A program made the translations under genes and the position numbers. Below the pieces are notes generated by a model. It was not told the DNA's origin and searched no databases. It saw only the letters and a program-made list of their open reading frames with translations. From Candidatus Pacearchaeota archaeon (GTDB lineage: Archaea; Nanobdellota; Nanobdellia; Pacearchaeales; GW2011-AR1), in the NCBI GenBank assembly GCA_002687255.1, contig NYZR01000013.1, forward strand, positions 1 to 42,106: a stretch of 42,106 nt of DNA, in the 5' to 3' direction. Shown here piece by piece: positions 34,554 through 42,106 of this stretch. Every line of letters starts with the position of its first letter. Positions within the stretch are counted from its first letter, which is position 1.

Positions 34554-35774
34554 TTATTTGCTTTGCTGCTTTTTGTAGTAAGCCATGGCTGCTTTGAGTT
34601 TTTCTGGTTTGGTTGCGTAGAGTGTGAGGAGGGGGTCTCCTTTTTTGACTTTGCCTTGTGTGTGTTTGTAGAGATAGAGTCCTGCTGATTTTGTTTCGGG
34701 GCAGCCGAGAAGACGGGCGAGGTGGTTGATATCATGATTGTTGATGTGCTGTATTTTTCCTGAACGAGGAGCAGCGATGGTGTGTTGGTGTTTTGCCGGT
34801 TGCAACTTTGTATTCTTCCGGCCTTGTGTGTCAAGTATTTTGTTGAATGCTTGGAGGGCTTTCCCTGATCTGAGGAGAGATACTGCAAGGGTTTTTCCTT
34901 GGCCTTTTTTTGCTTTCTTTGTTAGTTCTAGTAGTTCAGCGGCAAGGAAAAGAGATTTCTTCTCGAGGTCTTTTGGTTGGTCTTTTTGTTGGAGCACGGC
35001 GAGGACATCTCTAGCCTCAAGGATCGGGCCGATGCCGTGACCAATCGGTTCAGATCCTGGGGTGAGGACAACGTGCATAGTGAGCTTGAATTGCTTTCCT
35101 AGGGCTAGAAATTTCTTTTTGAGACGGAGGGCTTTTTGTTTGGTGACTTTTGCTTCAGGGCCGAACGGTATGTCAACAAGCACGTGGGTGCTTCCCGCAG
35201 CGAGTTTTTTGCTGAGAATGGATGCAATGAGCTGTGCTTCCGGATCGAGATCTAGTATGCGCCCTACTCTGATGAGTTTGTCGTCTGCGGGAGCCATACC
35301 CAGGGCGCCGCCCCAGGCAAGACAGGCATTTGCTTTTTTGACTATGGTTTGGAGTGTTGTTGAGGGGAAATCCACTTTTGCTAAGACCTCCATGACGTCT
35401 GCGGTTCCCGCTGCGGAGGTGATCGCTCTTGAGGAAGTTTTTGGCAGGGTGAGTCCGGCTGCAGCGCAGATAGCTACGACGATTGGTGTGGTTCTGTTTC
35501 CGGCGACGCCGCCGATCGAATGTTTGTCTGCTATTACTTTTTGTGCCCATTTTAGCGTCACGCCGGAGCGCCACATGGCCTCGGTGAGGTAAGCAGTTTC
35601 TTGTAAAGACAGAGATTTTTCTTTGACTGCCATGATAAAGTAGGCTATCTCTGCTTCTGATAAAGAACCAGATACGATCTCGTTGATGATAGTTTCTATT
35701 TCTTTTTTTGAAAGAGATTGGTTATGGAGCTTCTTGCTGATGAGTGCTACGCTTTTTGGCTGGTGGTTGTTCAT
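34554..35774 (-). CDS. AMP phosphorylase / thymidine phosphorylase family, lacking the N-terminal domain
   Basis: DKHSIGGVAGNRTT, PKTSSRAITSAAGTAD, SILSKK and GIGPILEA. Confidence 0.9.
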   Translation of the reverse strand: MNNHQPKSVALISKKLHNQSLSKKEIETIINEIVSGSLSEAEIAYFIMAVKEKSLSLQETAYLTEAMWRSGVTLKWAQKVIADKHSIGGVAGNRTTPIVVAICAAAGLTLPKTSSRAITSAAGTADVMEVLAKVDFPSTTLQTIVKKANACLAWGGALGMAPADDKLIRVGRILDLDPEAQLIASILSKKLAAGSTHVLVDIPFGPEAKVTKQKALRLKKKFLALGKQFKLTMHVVLTPGSEPIGHGIGPILEARDVLAVLQQKDQPKDLEKKSLFLAAELLELTKKAKKGQGKTLAVSLLRSGKALQAFNKILDTQGRKNTKLQPAKHQHTIAAPRSGKIQHINNHDINHLARLLGCPETKSAGLYLYKHTQGKVKKGDPLLTLYATKPEKLKAAMAYYKKQQSK

Positions 35775-35790
35775 AAATAATTCCTCTTTT

Positions 35791-36816
35791 TTAGGCGAAC
35801 AGTTGATCGAGCTTGCCTTCTTGATAGGCCTGTAAGAAGACGAGGAAATAGGCCAGGATGAGTGGGCCGATGATGAGACCAAGGATGCCGAAGATGAAGA
35901 GGCCGCCGATCATTCCAACTAAGATGACCACTGGGGAAATGTCTGTGTTCTTGGAAACAATATAAGGTCTGAGGATGTTGTCTATTCCGTTAACGATGAC
36001 GGCATTGTAGATGAAGAAAGCTACTGCTACGACTGCGCTTCCCTTGATTAGGAGATATATCGTGACGGGCACCCAAACGAGAGTTGGGCCTACAATAGGA
36101 ATAATTGCCAAGACTGTTGCCAGGAGAGTAAGGATGAGGGCGTTTGGAACGCCGAAAAGTAACAAACCTAGGCCTGCTAAAATACCTTGAGCTATTCCTA
36201 TGATAATCTGCCCGTAGACTATTGAGTTGGTAATGTCCTTGAAGTGTTTGATGAGTTGCTGCTCTTTTACGACACTTAGCGGAGATAGGCTTTTTACAAA
36301 GCCCTGAAGTTTTTCTGTGTCTCTTATTGTGAAGAAAAATACAAAGAGCACAATTACTGAGTGTAAGAGAAGCGTTGGGAAGTTGAGGAGAAACGCTGCG
36401 AGGTTGTTGAGAATTGTTGAGGCAAGTTTGCTAATAAAACTGTTCGAGGCTACTGTGACTTGAGTCGTGAATGTTTCTGAGGCTGTTGGGAAAAGGCTGG
36501 TGACCAATGAAGGTATGTCTGCTGTCTGAGAAAGTGTGAAGACCTCGAAGACTTGTTGTGTGACTATGGGCACGAGGAACCAGAAAGGGAGAGCTACGAT
36601 GAGGAATGCGATTATGCAGATAACGCTTGCCATGACATTCTTGCTCTTCATTCTTTTCATTAGCTTTCTCCGGACAGGCATGAAGATATACGCAAGTAGG
36701 AGGCCGCCGATGATTGAGAAGATTATTGGTTTTATGAGAAAGAAGGCTAGAATGGCGAGGGCTGCGAGAATGGCTGTTCCTGCGATTTTTCTCATGTCTT
36801 TTTCGCTGAGTGCCAT
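35791..36816 (-). CDS. AI-2E (UPF0118/PerM) family transporter
   Basis: DNILRPYIVSK and GGLFIFGILGLIIGP. Confidence 0.9.
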   Translation of the reverse strand: MALSEKDMRKIAGTAILAALAILAFFLIKPIIFSIIGGLLLAYIFMPVRRKLMKRMKSKNVMASVICIIAFLIVALPFWFLVPIVTQQVFEVFTLSQTADIPSLVTSLFPTASETFTTQVTVASNSFISKLASTILNNLAAFLLNFPTLLLHSVIVLFVFFFTIRDTEKLQGFVKSLSPLSVVKEQQLIKHFKDITNSIVYGQIIIGIAQGILAGLGLLLFGVPNALILTLLATVLAIIPIVGPTLVWVPVTIYLLIKGSAVVAVAFFIYNAVIVNGIDNILRPYIVSKNTDISPVVILVGMIGGLFIFGILGLIIGPLILAYFLVFLQAYQEGKLDQLFA

Positions 36817-36892
36817 GTCGGGGTGAAGGTTTGGGTTTATATAAATGTAAGGATCGGGGAAGTTTTATAAAGCAATTTTTTCTTTGTGGGTG

Positions 36893-37654
36893 ATGTCGAG
36901 CGTTGTAAAGAAGATTTTTGACACTGCCGAAGCAAGTTCGGCAAGCCCTCGCAGCTCGGACTCTGTGAACGCTGCTTCAGATGGAGAAATTGATGAAGAG
37001 GTGCATGGGGCGTTGGTGAAATTTAGTAAGGGGTCTTTTCCGGATAGATGGTTAGTTGAGTCGAAGAAGCAGAAAGATAAGTGGGCGGTGAAGACGAGTG
37101 CGGAGTTTGCGAATTTTCTTGTTCGGGAATGTTTGCCTGCTGAGGGGAATGTGGAGGTGAAGGGTGTTGTTGTTTCTACGGAGAAGCTTGCTGATGTGTT
37201 GGATTTGCCTGTGGAGCGGGTGAAGCAGTTTATGGGAATCAAGCAGAATATTATTTCTGGGGAGATTGAAGTTGAGAAGATTCGGGAGGCTATGGAGAAA
37301 TACCCTCGGGCGTTTTTTGCGTTGTCGTTTTCTACGGATGATTGTGTCTTGAAGATCAAAGCAAAGGCACCGAAGAGTGCGAAGCCGAGCACGAAGGGCG
37401 ATAAGGAAGTGAAGATTGATTTTTGTTCGGTGAAGACGACTAACGAAGAGTTGGTGAGGGATTTGTTGTTCGATTGTCTTGCTGCGAAGCACGTGAGGGT
37501 GTCACATGAGTTTGTTATTTCTGAGATTGAGTTGCCTGCTGGTGTTGAGGATCCTGTGGAGATTCGAGAGAGGGCTGTTCGGAAGGGTGTGTTGAAGCGG
37601 ACTGTTGTTGCTGATGGTGCTGAGAAGCAGAGTGAAGCAGAGTTTGCTGCTTAG
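36893..37654 (+). CDS. Conserved hypothetical protein carrying an in-frame palindromic insert
   Basis: KKIFD[insert]GEIDEEVHGALVKFSKG...KAKAPKSAKP...DFC; TATA at ~36863. Confidence 0.75.
   Translation: MSSVVKKIFDTAEASSASPRSSDSVNAASDGEIDEEVHGALVKFSKGSFPDRWLVESKKQKDKWAVKTSAEFANFLVRECLPAEGNVEVKGVVVSTEKLADVLDLPVERVKQFMGIKQNIISGEIEVEKIREAMEKYPRAFFALSFSTDDCVLKIKAKAPKSAKPSTKGDKEVKIDFCSVKTTNEELVRDLLFDCLAAKHVRVSHEFVISEIELPAGVEDPVEIRERAVRKGVLKRTVVADGAEKQSEAEFAA
36925..36981 (+). repeat. Two-hairpin palindromic element, copy A2 (in frame in CDS)
   Basis: 52/57 identical to 4342-4398, same reading frame. Confidence 0.9.
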
Positions 37655-37684
37655 GTTTATATAGGAGATTTCATACCTTTTTCT

Positions 37685-38806
37685 ATGGGTAAAGCTCTTT
37701 TGTCTTCCTTGGTTGCTTTGTTTGTTTTGGTATTAATCGCCTATAACTTAACTTCTTCCGGGATAACTTTTATTTTACATTTGCTCTTGCTCATACTGGG
37801 GCTCTCTATCTCTATTTTGATGACTAATCGTGTGACTAAATCTAAGAATACTTTAAAGTCAAAAATTTACTTCTCTTTTATCTTGCCCTCGTTTATATTC
37901 TTCTCTATAATATTCTCCACTTTTCTTGGAACCCACCATGATATCGAACAATATGGGATAATTCCATCTCTTTTTTCTATGTCTGCGATCATAGTTGGGG
38001 TGATCAGTCTGATAATCGGGGTCGTTTTGTCTCTGAAGAGAAAGAATAGTGGAGACCTTGAATACGATCTAAAACCCACCCTCAAAATTCTGAGCGTGAT
38101 CTTCATACTCCTCTTCGTTCTGTTCTTCTACAACAGAATGTTATTGGGTCTTGCACTCTCAACAGAAGCAAAATCCCTATGCCATCTCACGATCTCTCCG
38201 GAGATTAATTCTCTCCTCTTTAATGCAGGAATCAAAGAAAGGTGTTTGTTTTTGACTTCTATGAAAGAGTCTAAAACAGGGGAGATCACCTGCGGAGAAC
38301 TTGAAGGCAGAGGGGCTAAGAATTCTTGTTACAGTAATACTGCTAAAGAAAGGAGAGATGTGAAGATTTGTGTGGACAACGTCATTCCAGAAGGAAGTTC
38401 ATCAGAATACTATGAATGTTCTTCGGCCATTAATCATCTAAAAGATGATCTTTATGAGATCCTAAAAGACCCTCTGCATCCTGATATTATGTATGCTGTC
38501 AAATCGACACCTGAACTTGGAATCTATTTATCAGGAGCAGGATCTGCTAAATATGCCAGATACTTGCCCCTAGTTGAGAACGTGGCTGCACAGGGTAATT
38601 TGGACGTAAGAAAAGCAGCCCTAGATATCCTAATCAATAGGGCGGCCTCGAAACCATTTGAAGAGGAAAAAAGAATTCTAAGAGAAGAGGTTTTGCCTAT
38701 TATTGGGGAGGATCCAGCACTACAGGAATACACAGAGATGATCAATCAGATTTTGAGTGCTGTTCTCCTGGAACCGATTCCTGGTGTTTCTGTGCCAACA
38801 CCATAA
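37685..38806 (+). CDS. Multi-TM hypothetical protein with Cys-rich C-terminal region (accessory)
   Basis: About five TM helices then Cys repeats; lacks the G+T bias of its neighbours. Confidence 0.7.
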   Translation: MGKALLSSLVALFVLVLIAYNLTSSGITFILHLLLLILGLSISILMTNRVTKSKNTLKSKIYFSFILPSFIFFSIIFSTFLGTHHDIEQYGIIPSLFSMSAIIVGVISLIIGVVLSLKRKNSGDLEYDLKPTLKILSVIFILLFVLFFYNRMLLGLALSTEAKSLCHLTISPEINSLLFNAGIKERCLFLTSMKESKTGEITCGELEGRGAKNSCYSNTAKERRDVKICVDNVIPEGSSSEYYECSSAINHLKDDLYEILKDPLHPDIMYAVKSTPELGIYLSGAGSAKYARYLPLVENVAAQGNLDVRKAALDILINRAASKPFEEEKRILREEVLPIIGEDPALQEYTEMINQILSAVLLEPIPGVSVPTP

Positions 38807-38908
38807 CTTCTTCAATAATCTGAGATTGTCAAGTGATTTTGTTAGTTTGATGTTGAGCAAGCTTCTTTTTCTCTTGATTCATGTGAGGGAAAGGTTTATA
38901 ATCTCCTT

Positions 38909-38942
38909 GGAGTATTCATGGTTACTTACTTAGGAATACTCC
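38909..38942. promoter_or_regulatory. Inverted repeat (possible autoregulatory operator) between TATA and ATG
   Basis: GGAGTATTC-N16-GAATACTCC directly before a wHTH gene. Confidence 0.5.
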
Positions 38943-38943
38943 T

Positions 38944-39129
38944 ATGAAATCTCATAGTTTGAAACTGTTGATGTTGTTGAAAGAGCAGAAAGTCGTGACG
39001 AGCTCGGAGGCTGCTCGAGCGCTGAAGGTTTCGTGGAATACTGCTGATAATTATCTGAAAGAGTTGCTTATTGAGGGAAGTGTTGAGCGGTTAAAGAAAC
39101 AGGGGGTGACGTTATGGGTTTTGAAATGA
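38944..39129 (+). CDS. Small wHTH DNA-binding protein
   Basis: VTSSEAARALKVSWNTADNYLKELLIEG. Confidence 0.75.
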   Translation: MKSHSLKLLMLLKEQKVVTSSEAARALKVSWNTADNYLKELLIEGSVERLKKQGVTLWVLK

Positions 39130-39890
39130 GGTTTTCTAGAAGGGGGCAGGCTACGATCTGGGTGTTGGTTGCGTTAGTGATTGTGGTGGCCCTTGCTGTT
39201 TTGTTCTTTTTGCGAGGAGGGGAGGGGCCGAAGGTAGATTTTCAGCAGAGGTTTTCTCCACAAGGATTTTTGGAGCGGTGTGTTCGTGAGAATGTGGAAG
39301 ATGTTATTGAGGTGATGGGGCCTCGAGGAGGGTTTGTGGCGCCGCAGCATTCCCAGATGTTTGATGGGCAGGAAGTGACATATCACTGTTATACCAGGGG
39401 GAACTACTTACCTTGTGTGCAGCAGCATCCGATGTTATTGCGGGAGATGGCTGTGGAAATAAAGAATGAGACGTTCGATGAAATTCAAGGTTGTTATGGC
39501 TTGTTGGAACAAGAAGTGGGAAAGCGTCAGGGTTCTATGGAGACAGACGTTTTGGACATGAACGTTGCTCTGGCAAGGGATCGGATCATCGTTGAGCTGT
39601 TGGGGAGAACGACTATTTCTATCGAAGGTGGAACTGTGAGTTTTGATTCTTTTGAAGTCGAGGTGATGAGTCCTTTAACGAAACTGGCGAATGTGGCGAT
39701 GGAGATTGCAAGTCAAGAGGCGAAGTATTGTTACTTCTCGTATGATGGATATCAGTTGTTGTATCCGAGATTTGACATTCGGAAAACGGTGATGGGTGAT
39801 GATGTTCGTGTGTATACGATTGAAGATAAACCGTCGAAGCAGAAATTCTCATTAGCTATAAGGAGTTGTGCGATACCGCCTGGGATTTAG
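39126..39890 (+). CDS. Secreted protein with class III (pilin-type) signal peptide
   Basis: RRGQ followed by hydrophobic ATIWVLVALVIVVALAVLFFL. Confidence 0.75.
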   Translation: MRFSRRGQATIWVLVALVIVVALAVLFFLRGGEGPKVDFQQRFSPQGFLERCVRENVEDVIEVMGPRGGFVAPQHSQMFDGQEVTYHCYTRGNYLPCVQQHPMLLREMAVEIKNETFDEIQGCYGLLEQEVGKRQGSMETDVLDMNVALARDRIIVELLGRTTISIEGGTVSFDSFEVEVMSPLTKLANVAMEIASQEAKYCYFSYDGYQLLYPRFDIRKTVMGDDVRVYTIEDKPSKQKFSLAIRSCAIPPGI

Positions 39891-42106
39891 ATGATGTTGA
39901 AGAGGATTGCTCTGTTGGAAGTGTTCTTGTTAGTTGTGGCGACGTTTGCTTTTGCTTCGATTTTGTCTGATGCTTTTACAGGGTCTGTGGTTCCTGAGCA
40001 AGATCGGAAGAGGAGTTTGTTGCCGCCGTTGCTTTCTGGGCTGGGGAGATTGGTGTTTAGTGAAAGAGGACTTGTTTCGGCGTTAGAGGCGGATGACTTG
40101 CAAGAGGGAGCGCATACGTGTCTGCTTGGGAATGATGGGGCGTTCTGCCAAGAGTATATTGCTAGTGATTGCGCTGATGCGTGTTCTGAAGCATGTGTGC
40201 CGACGACTCGGGAGTTTGTCGCTGCGTGTAAGCCGGGGACGTGTTTCGATCCGGTTGAAGGGACTTGTCAAGCTGGAGCTCCGAGAGTGTTATGTGAGGA
40301 ACATGGAGGGGAATGGCTCGAAGACAGATTTGAGAATGTGGCACAGTGTCGGGAGGGCTGTTGTGTGTTGGGAGATCAGACAGATTTTACGACGGAACGG
40401 CAGTGCAGTCGGCAGAGCAATGTCTTAGGGGTTTCTTTTGATTATCGTCCGGAGATTCGGACGGAGATCGAATGTCTTGCTCTGGCGAGGACGCAAGAGG
40501 AAGGGGCGTGCGTTTTCGAAGAAACTGTTGATGGATTGGATCAGCGGAATTGTGTTTTCTCTACTCGGTCTGCGTGTCTTGCTGTTTCGGAGGCAGAGTT
40601 CCATCCCGGGCTGTTGTGCTCAAATCCAGAGCTAGGGACGATTTGTGTCCGGCAATCGAGCACCGCTTGTGTGGAGGATCGGGATGAAGTGTATTGGTTT
40701 GATAGCTGTGGTAATCGGGAGAACATTTATGATGCTAACAAGGCTGCGAGCTTCAACGACGGACGAGTGCAGCCCAAGAACGAGGCGTGTGAGTTGGTTG
40801 TTGGAGGGAATGAAGTCGCTCGGCAGAGCACGTGCGGGAATTGTAATTATTTGTTAGGGAGTAGGTGTGGGACTAGGGGTGGAGGTGAGAGACTTGCTGA
40901 TGGGTCTCAAGAAGTGGTGTGTCGTGCTTTAGGGTGTAAGGATGATCAGGGCAAGGAGCGAAAGAATGGAGAGAGTTGGTGTGTGTATCAGAGTAAGTTG
41001 GGGACGGATGGAAATCCTCCGGAGAGGTCTGTGGCTGTTCCGGGGAGTAGGCACTATCGGCAGGTGTGTCTTGATGGAGAGGTTCGGACGGAGCCGTGTG
41101 CTGATTTTCGGAATGGTATTTGTGTGGAAGATCGAGTTGACTTGCCTTCTGGTGGAGAGTTTGCGAACGCAGCCTGTCGGACGAACTTGTGGCAGCAGTG
41201 TTTGGATTACAACTCACAGATTGAGGATGATCCTGACGAAGGTGTTAGGTTATGTAATGAAAATCCGGATTGTTATATGAATGAAGTTAATCTTGTTCGA
41301 AAAGATAAGGATAATTTCAAGTTTAGCATGTGTGTGCCTGCGCATCCTGCAGGATTTAATTTGCGGACTCGAAATACCGGTCTGGGGGCTTCGGGGATTT
41401 GTGGGATTGCGAGCCAGACGTGCACATATTTTGAGGTTAAGACGCTGACTAGTGGGTGGAAGTGTAAGAGAAACTGTGCGTGTAAGGGGGCAGAGTTTAC
41501 CGAGGATATGCATGATCTGTGTATGTCGTTGGGAGATTGTGGAAGTTCTGTGAATTATGAAGGGACGTATACTAAGAATCATGGGGTTAAGGGGGGAGCT
41601 GATTTGGGAGGGAGTTATGTGAATCGGTTACAGACTTATGATGATGTTGATGCTGGAGAGTATTTGGAGGCTGATTTTGCTGCTCTGTTGGGGATTTTGA
41701 GTGGGGCTCCTGGGGTTGGAGAGGGGATTGGTGAGCCGGAGGCTCCGGAGGATGAGACCAAGGATGAGAGGAGGATTATCCTTCATACTTCTGGAGGGGT
41801 GGGTGTTGCTCTTGCTTCACTGGCCTACATTGCTCCTGCTGCGTTTGGTTCTGTTGGGCTTGGTGCTGGAAGCGTCCTTTCAGCCCTGGGCATACATGGG
41901 GGTGGATTTGGTCTTGGAGCCAGTCCGACCTTTGGTGGTGTTGGATTCGGAGGGGCAGCGATGGGCGCTGCTGTAGGATTTGCTGTTACTGGTCTTCTGA
42001 TTAATATGCTTGGGATAGGGCCTGGTTTAGATCAGGGGGTTGCCTATACCTTGATTGCTGCGGGAGCTCTTGCAGGTGGTGCTCTTGGTTTGGGTGTTGC
42101 TGGGGC
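39891..42106 (+). CDS. Large Cys-rich surface protein, runs off the window end
   Basis: Frame from ATG 39891 appears open to the end (absent from the ORF track, consistent with no stop); signal peptide, dozens of Cys, then a Gly-rich hydrophobic region. Confidence 0.8.
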   Translation, partial: MMLKRIALLEVFLLVVATFAFASILSDAFTGSVVPEQDRKRSLLPPLLSGLGRLVFSERGLVSALEADDLQEGAHTCLLGNDGAFCQEYIASDCADACSEACVPTTREFVAACKPGTCFDPVEGTCQAGAPRVLCEEHGGEWLEDRFENVAQCREGCCVLGDQTDFTTERQCSRQSNVLGVSFDYRPEIRTEIECLALARTQEEGACVFEETVDGLDQRNCVFSTRSACLAVSEAEFHPGLLCSNPELGTICVRQSSTACVEDRDEVYWFDSCGNRENIYDANKAASFNDGRVQPKNEACELVVGGNEVARQSTCGNCNYLLGSRCGTRGGGERLADGSQEVVCRALGCKDDQGKERKNGESWCVYQSKLGTDGNPPERSVAVPGSRHYRQVCLDGEVRTEPCADFRNGICVEDRVDLPSGGEFANAACRTNLWQQCLDYNSQIEDDPDEGVRLCNENPDCYMNEVNLVRKDKDNFKFSMCVPAHPAGFNLRTRNTGLGASGICGIASQTCTYFEVKTLTSGWKCKRNCACKGAEFTEDMHDLCMSLGDCGSSVNYEGTYTKNHGVKGGADLGGSYVNRLQTYDDVDAGEYLEADFAALLGILSGAPGVGEGIGEPEAPEDETKDERRIILHTSGGVGVALASLAYIAPAAFGSVGLGAGSVLSALGIHGGGFGLGASPTFGGVGFGGAAMGAAVGFAVTGLLINMLGIGPGLDQGVAYTLIAAGALAGGALGLGVAG

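Noticed and set aside
36915..36990. Bulge-helix-bulge mRNA intron as the explanation for the in-frame inserts
   Set aside because: I could not draw a 3-4-3 BHB at the junctions and the inserts keep frame without stops; not excluded without RNA data
1..42106. CRISPR array, rRNA, transposase, integrase, reverse transcriptase
   Set aside because: No regularly spaced repeats or recognisable motifs found by eye

Overview
A 42 kb chromosomal segment of a DPANN archaeon, most likely Pacearchaeota. This rests on archaeal ribosomal and transcription genes, a pacearchaeosortase-like gene near a C-terminally anchored surface protein, and BRE-TATA promoters about 20-25 nt before most start codons. Core genes include an S-layer protein, sepF, pfdB, rpoP, rpl37ae, rpl11, spt5, rpl40e, eIF5A, slyD, ftsZ, secE, rpl1/rpl10/rpl12, an AMP phosphorylase, tRNA-Pro(TGG) and tRNA-Ser(TGA). 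They are interleaved with many short, compositionally distinct accessory ORFs. Main observations: (1) a dispersed family of ~50-65 bp two-hairpin palindromic elements, all in one orientation, three of them in frame inside proteins, with compensatory stem changes and one copy flanked by a 16-bp direct repeat; (2) a likely remote DGR target gene with a variable-region-like tail and hairpin but no reverse transcriptase or template repeat in the window; (3) a Fic gene bracketed by a synonymously recoded duplicate of the rpl40e 3' end; (4) a 106-bp MITE-like element. The first ~165 bp are a high-GC acyl-CoA dehydrogenase fragment, probably an assembly chimera, and spt5 carries a 1-nt frameshift. 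No CRISPR array, rRNA, transposase, integrase or reverse transcriptase was seen. All family calls are by motif recognition; no searches were run.
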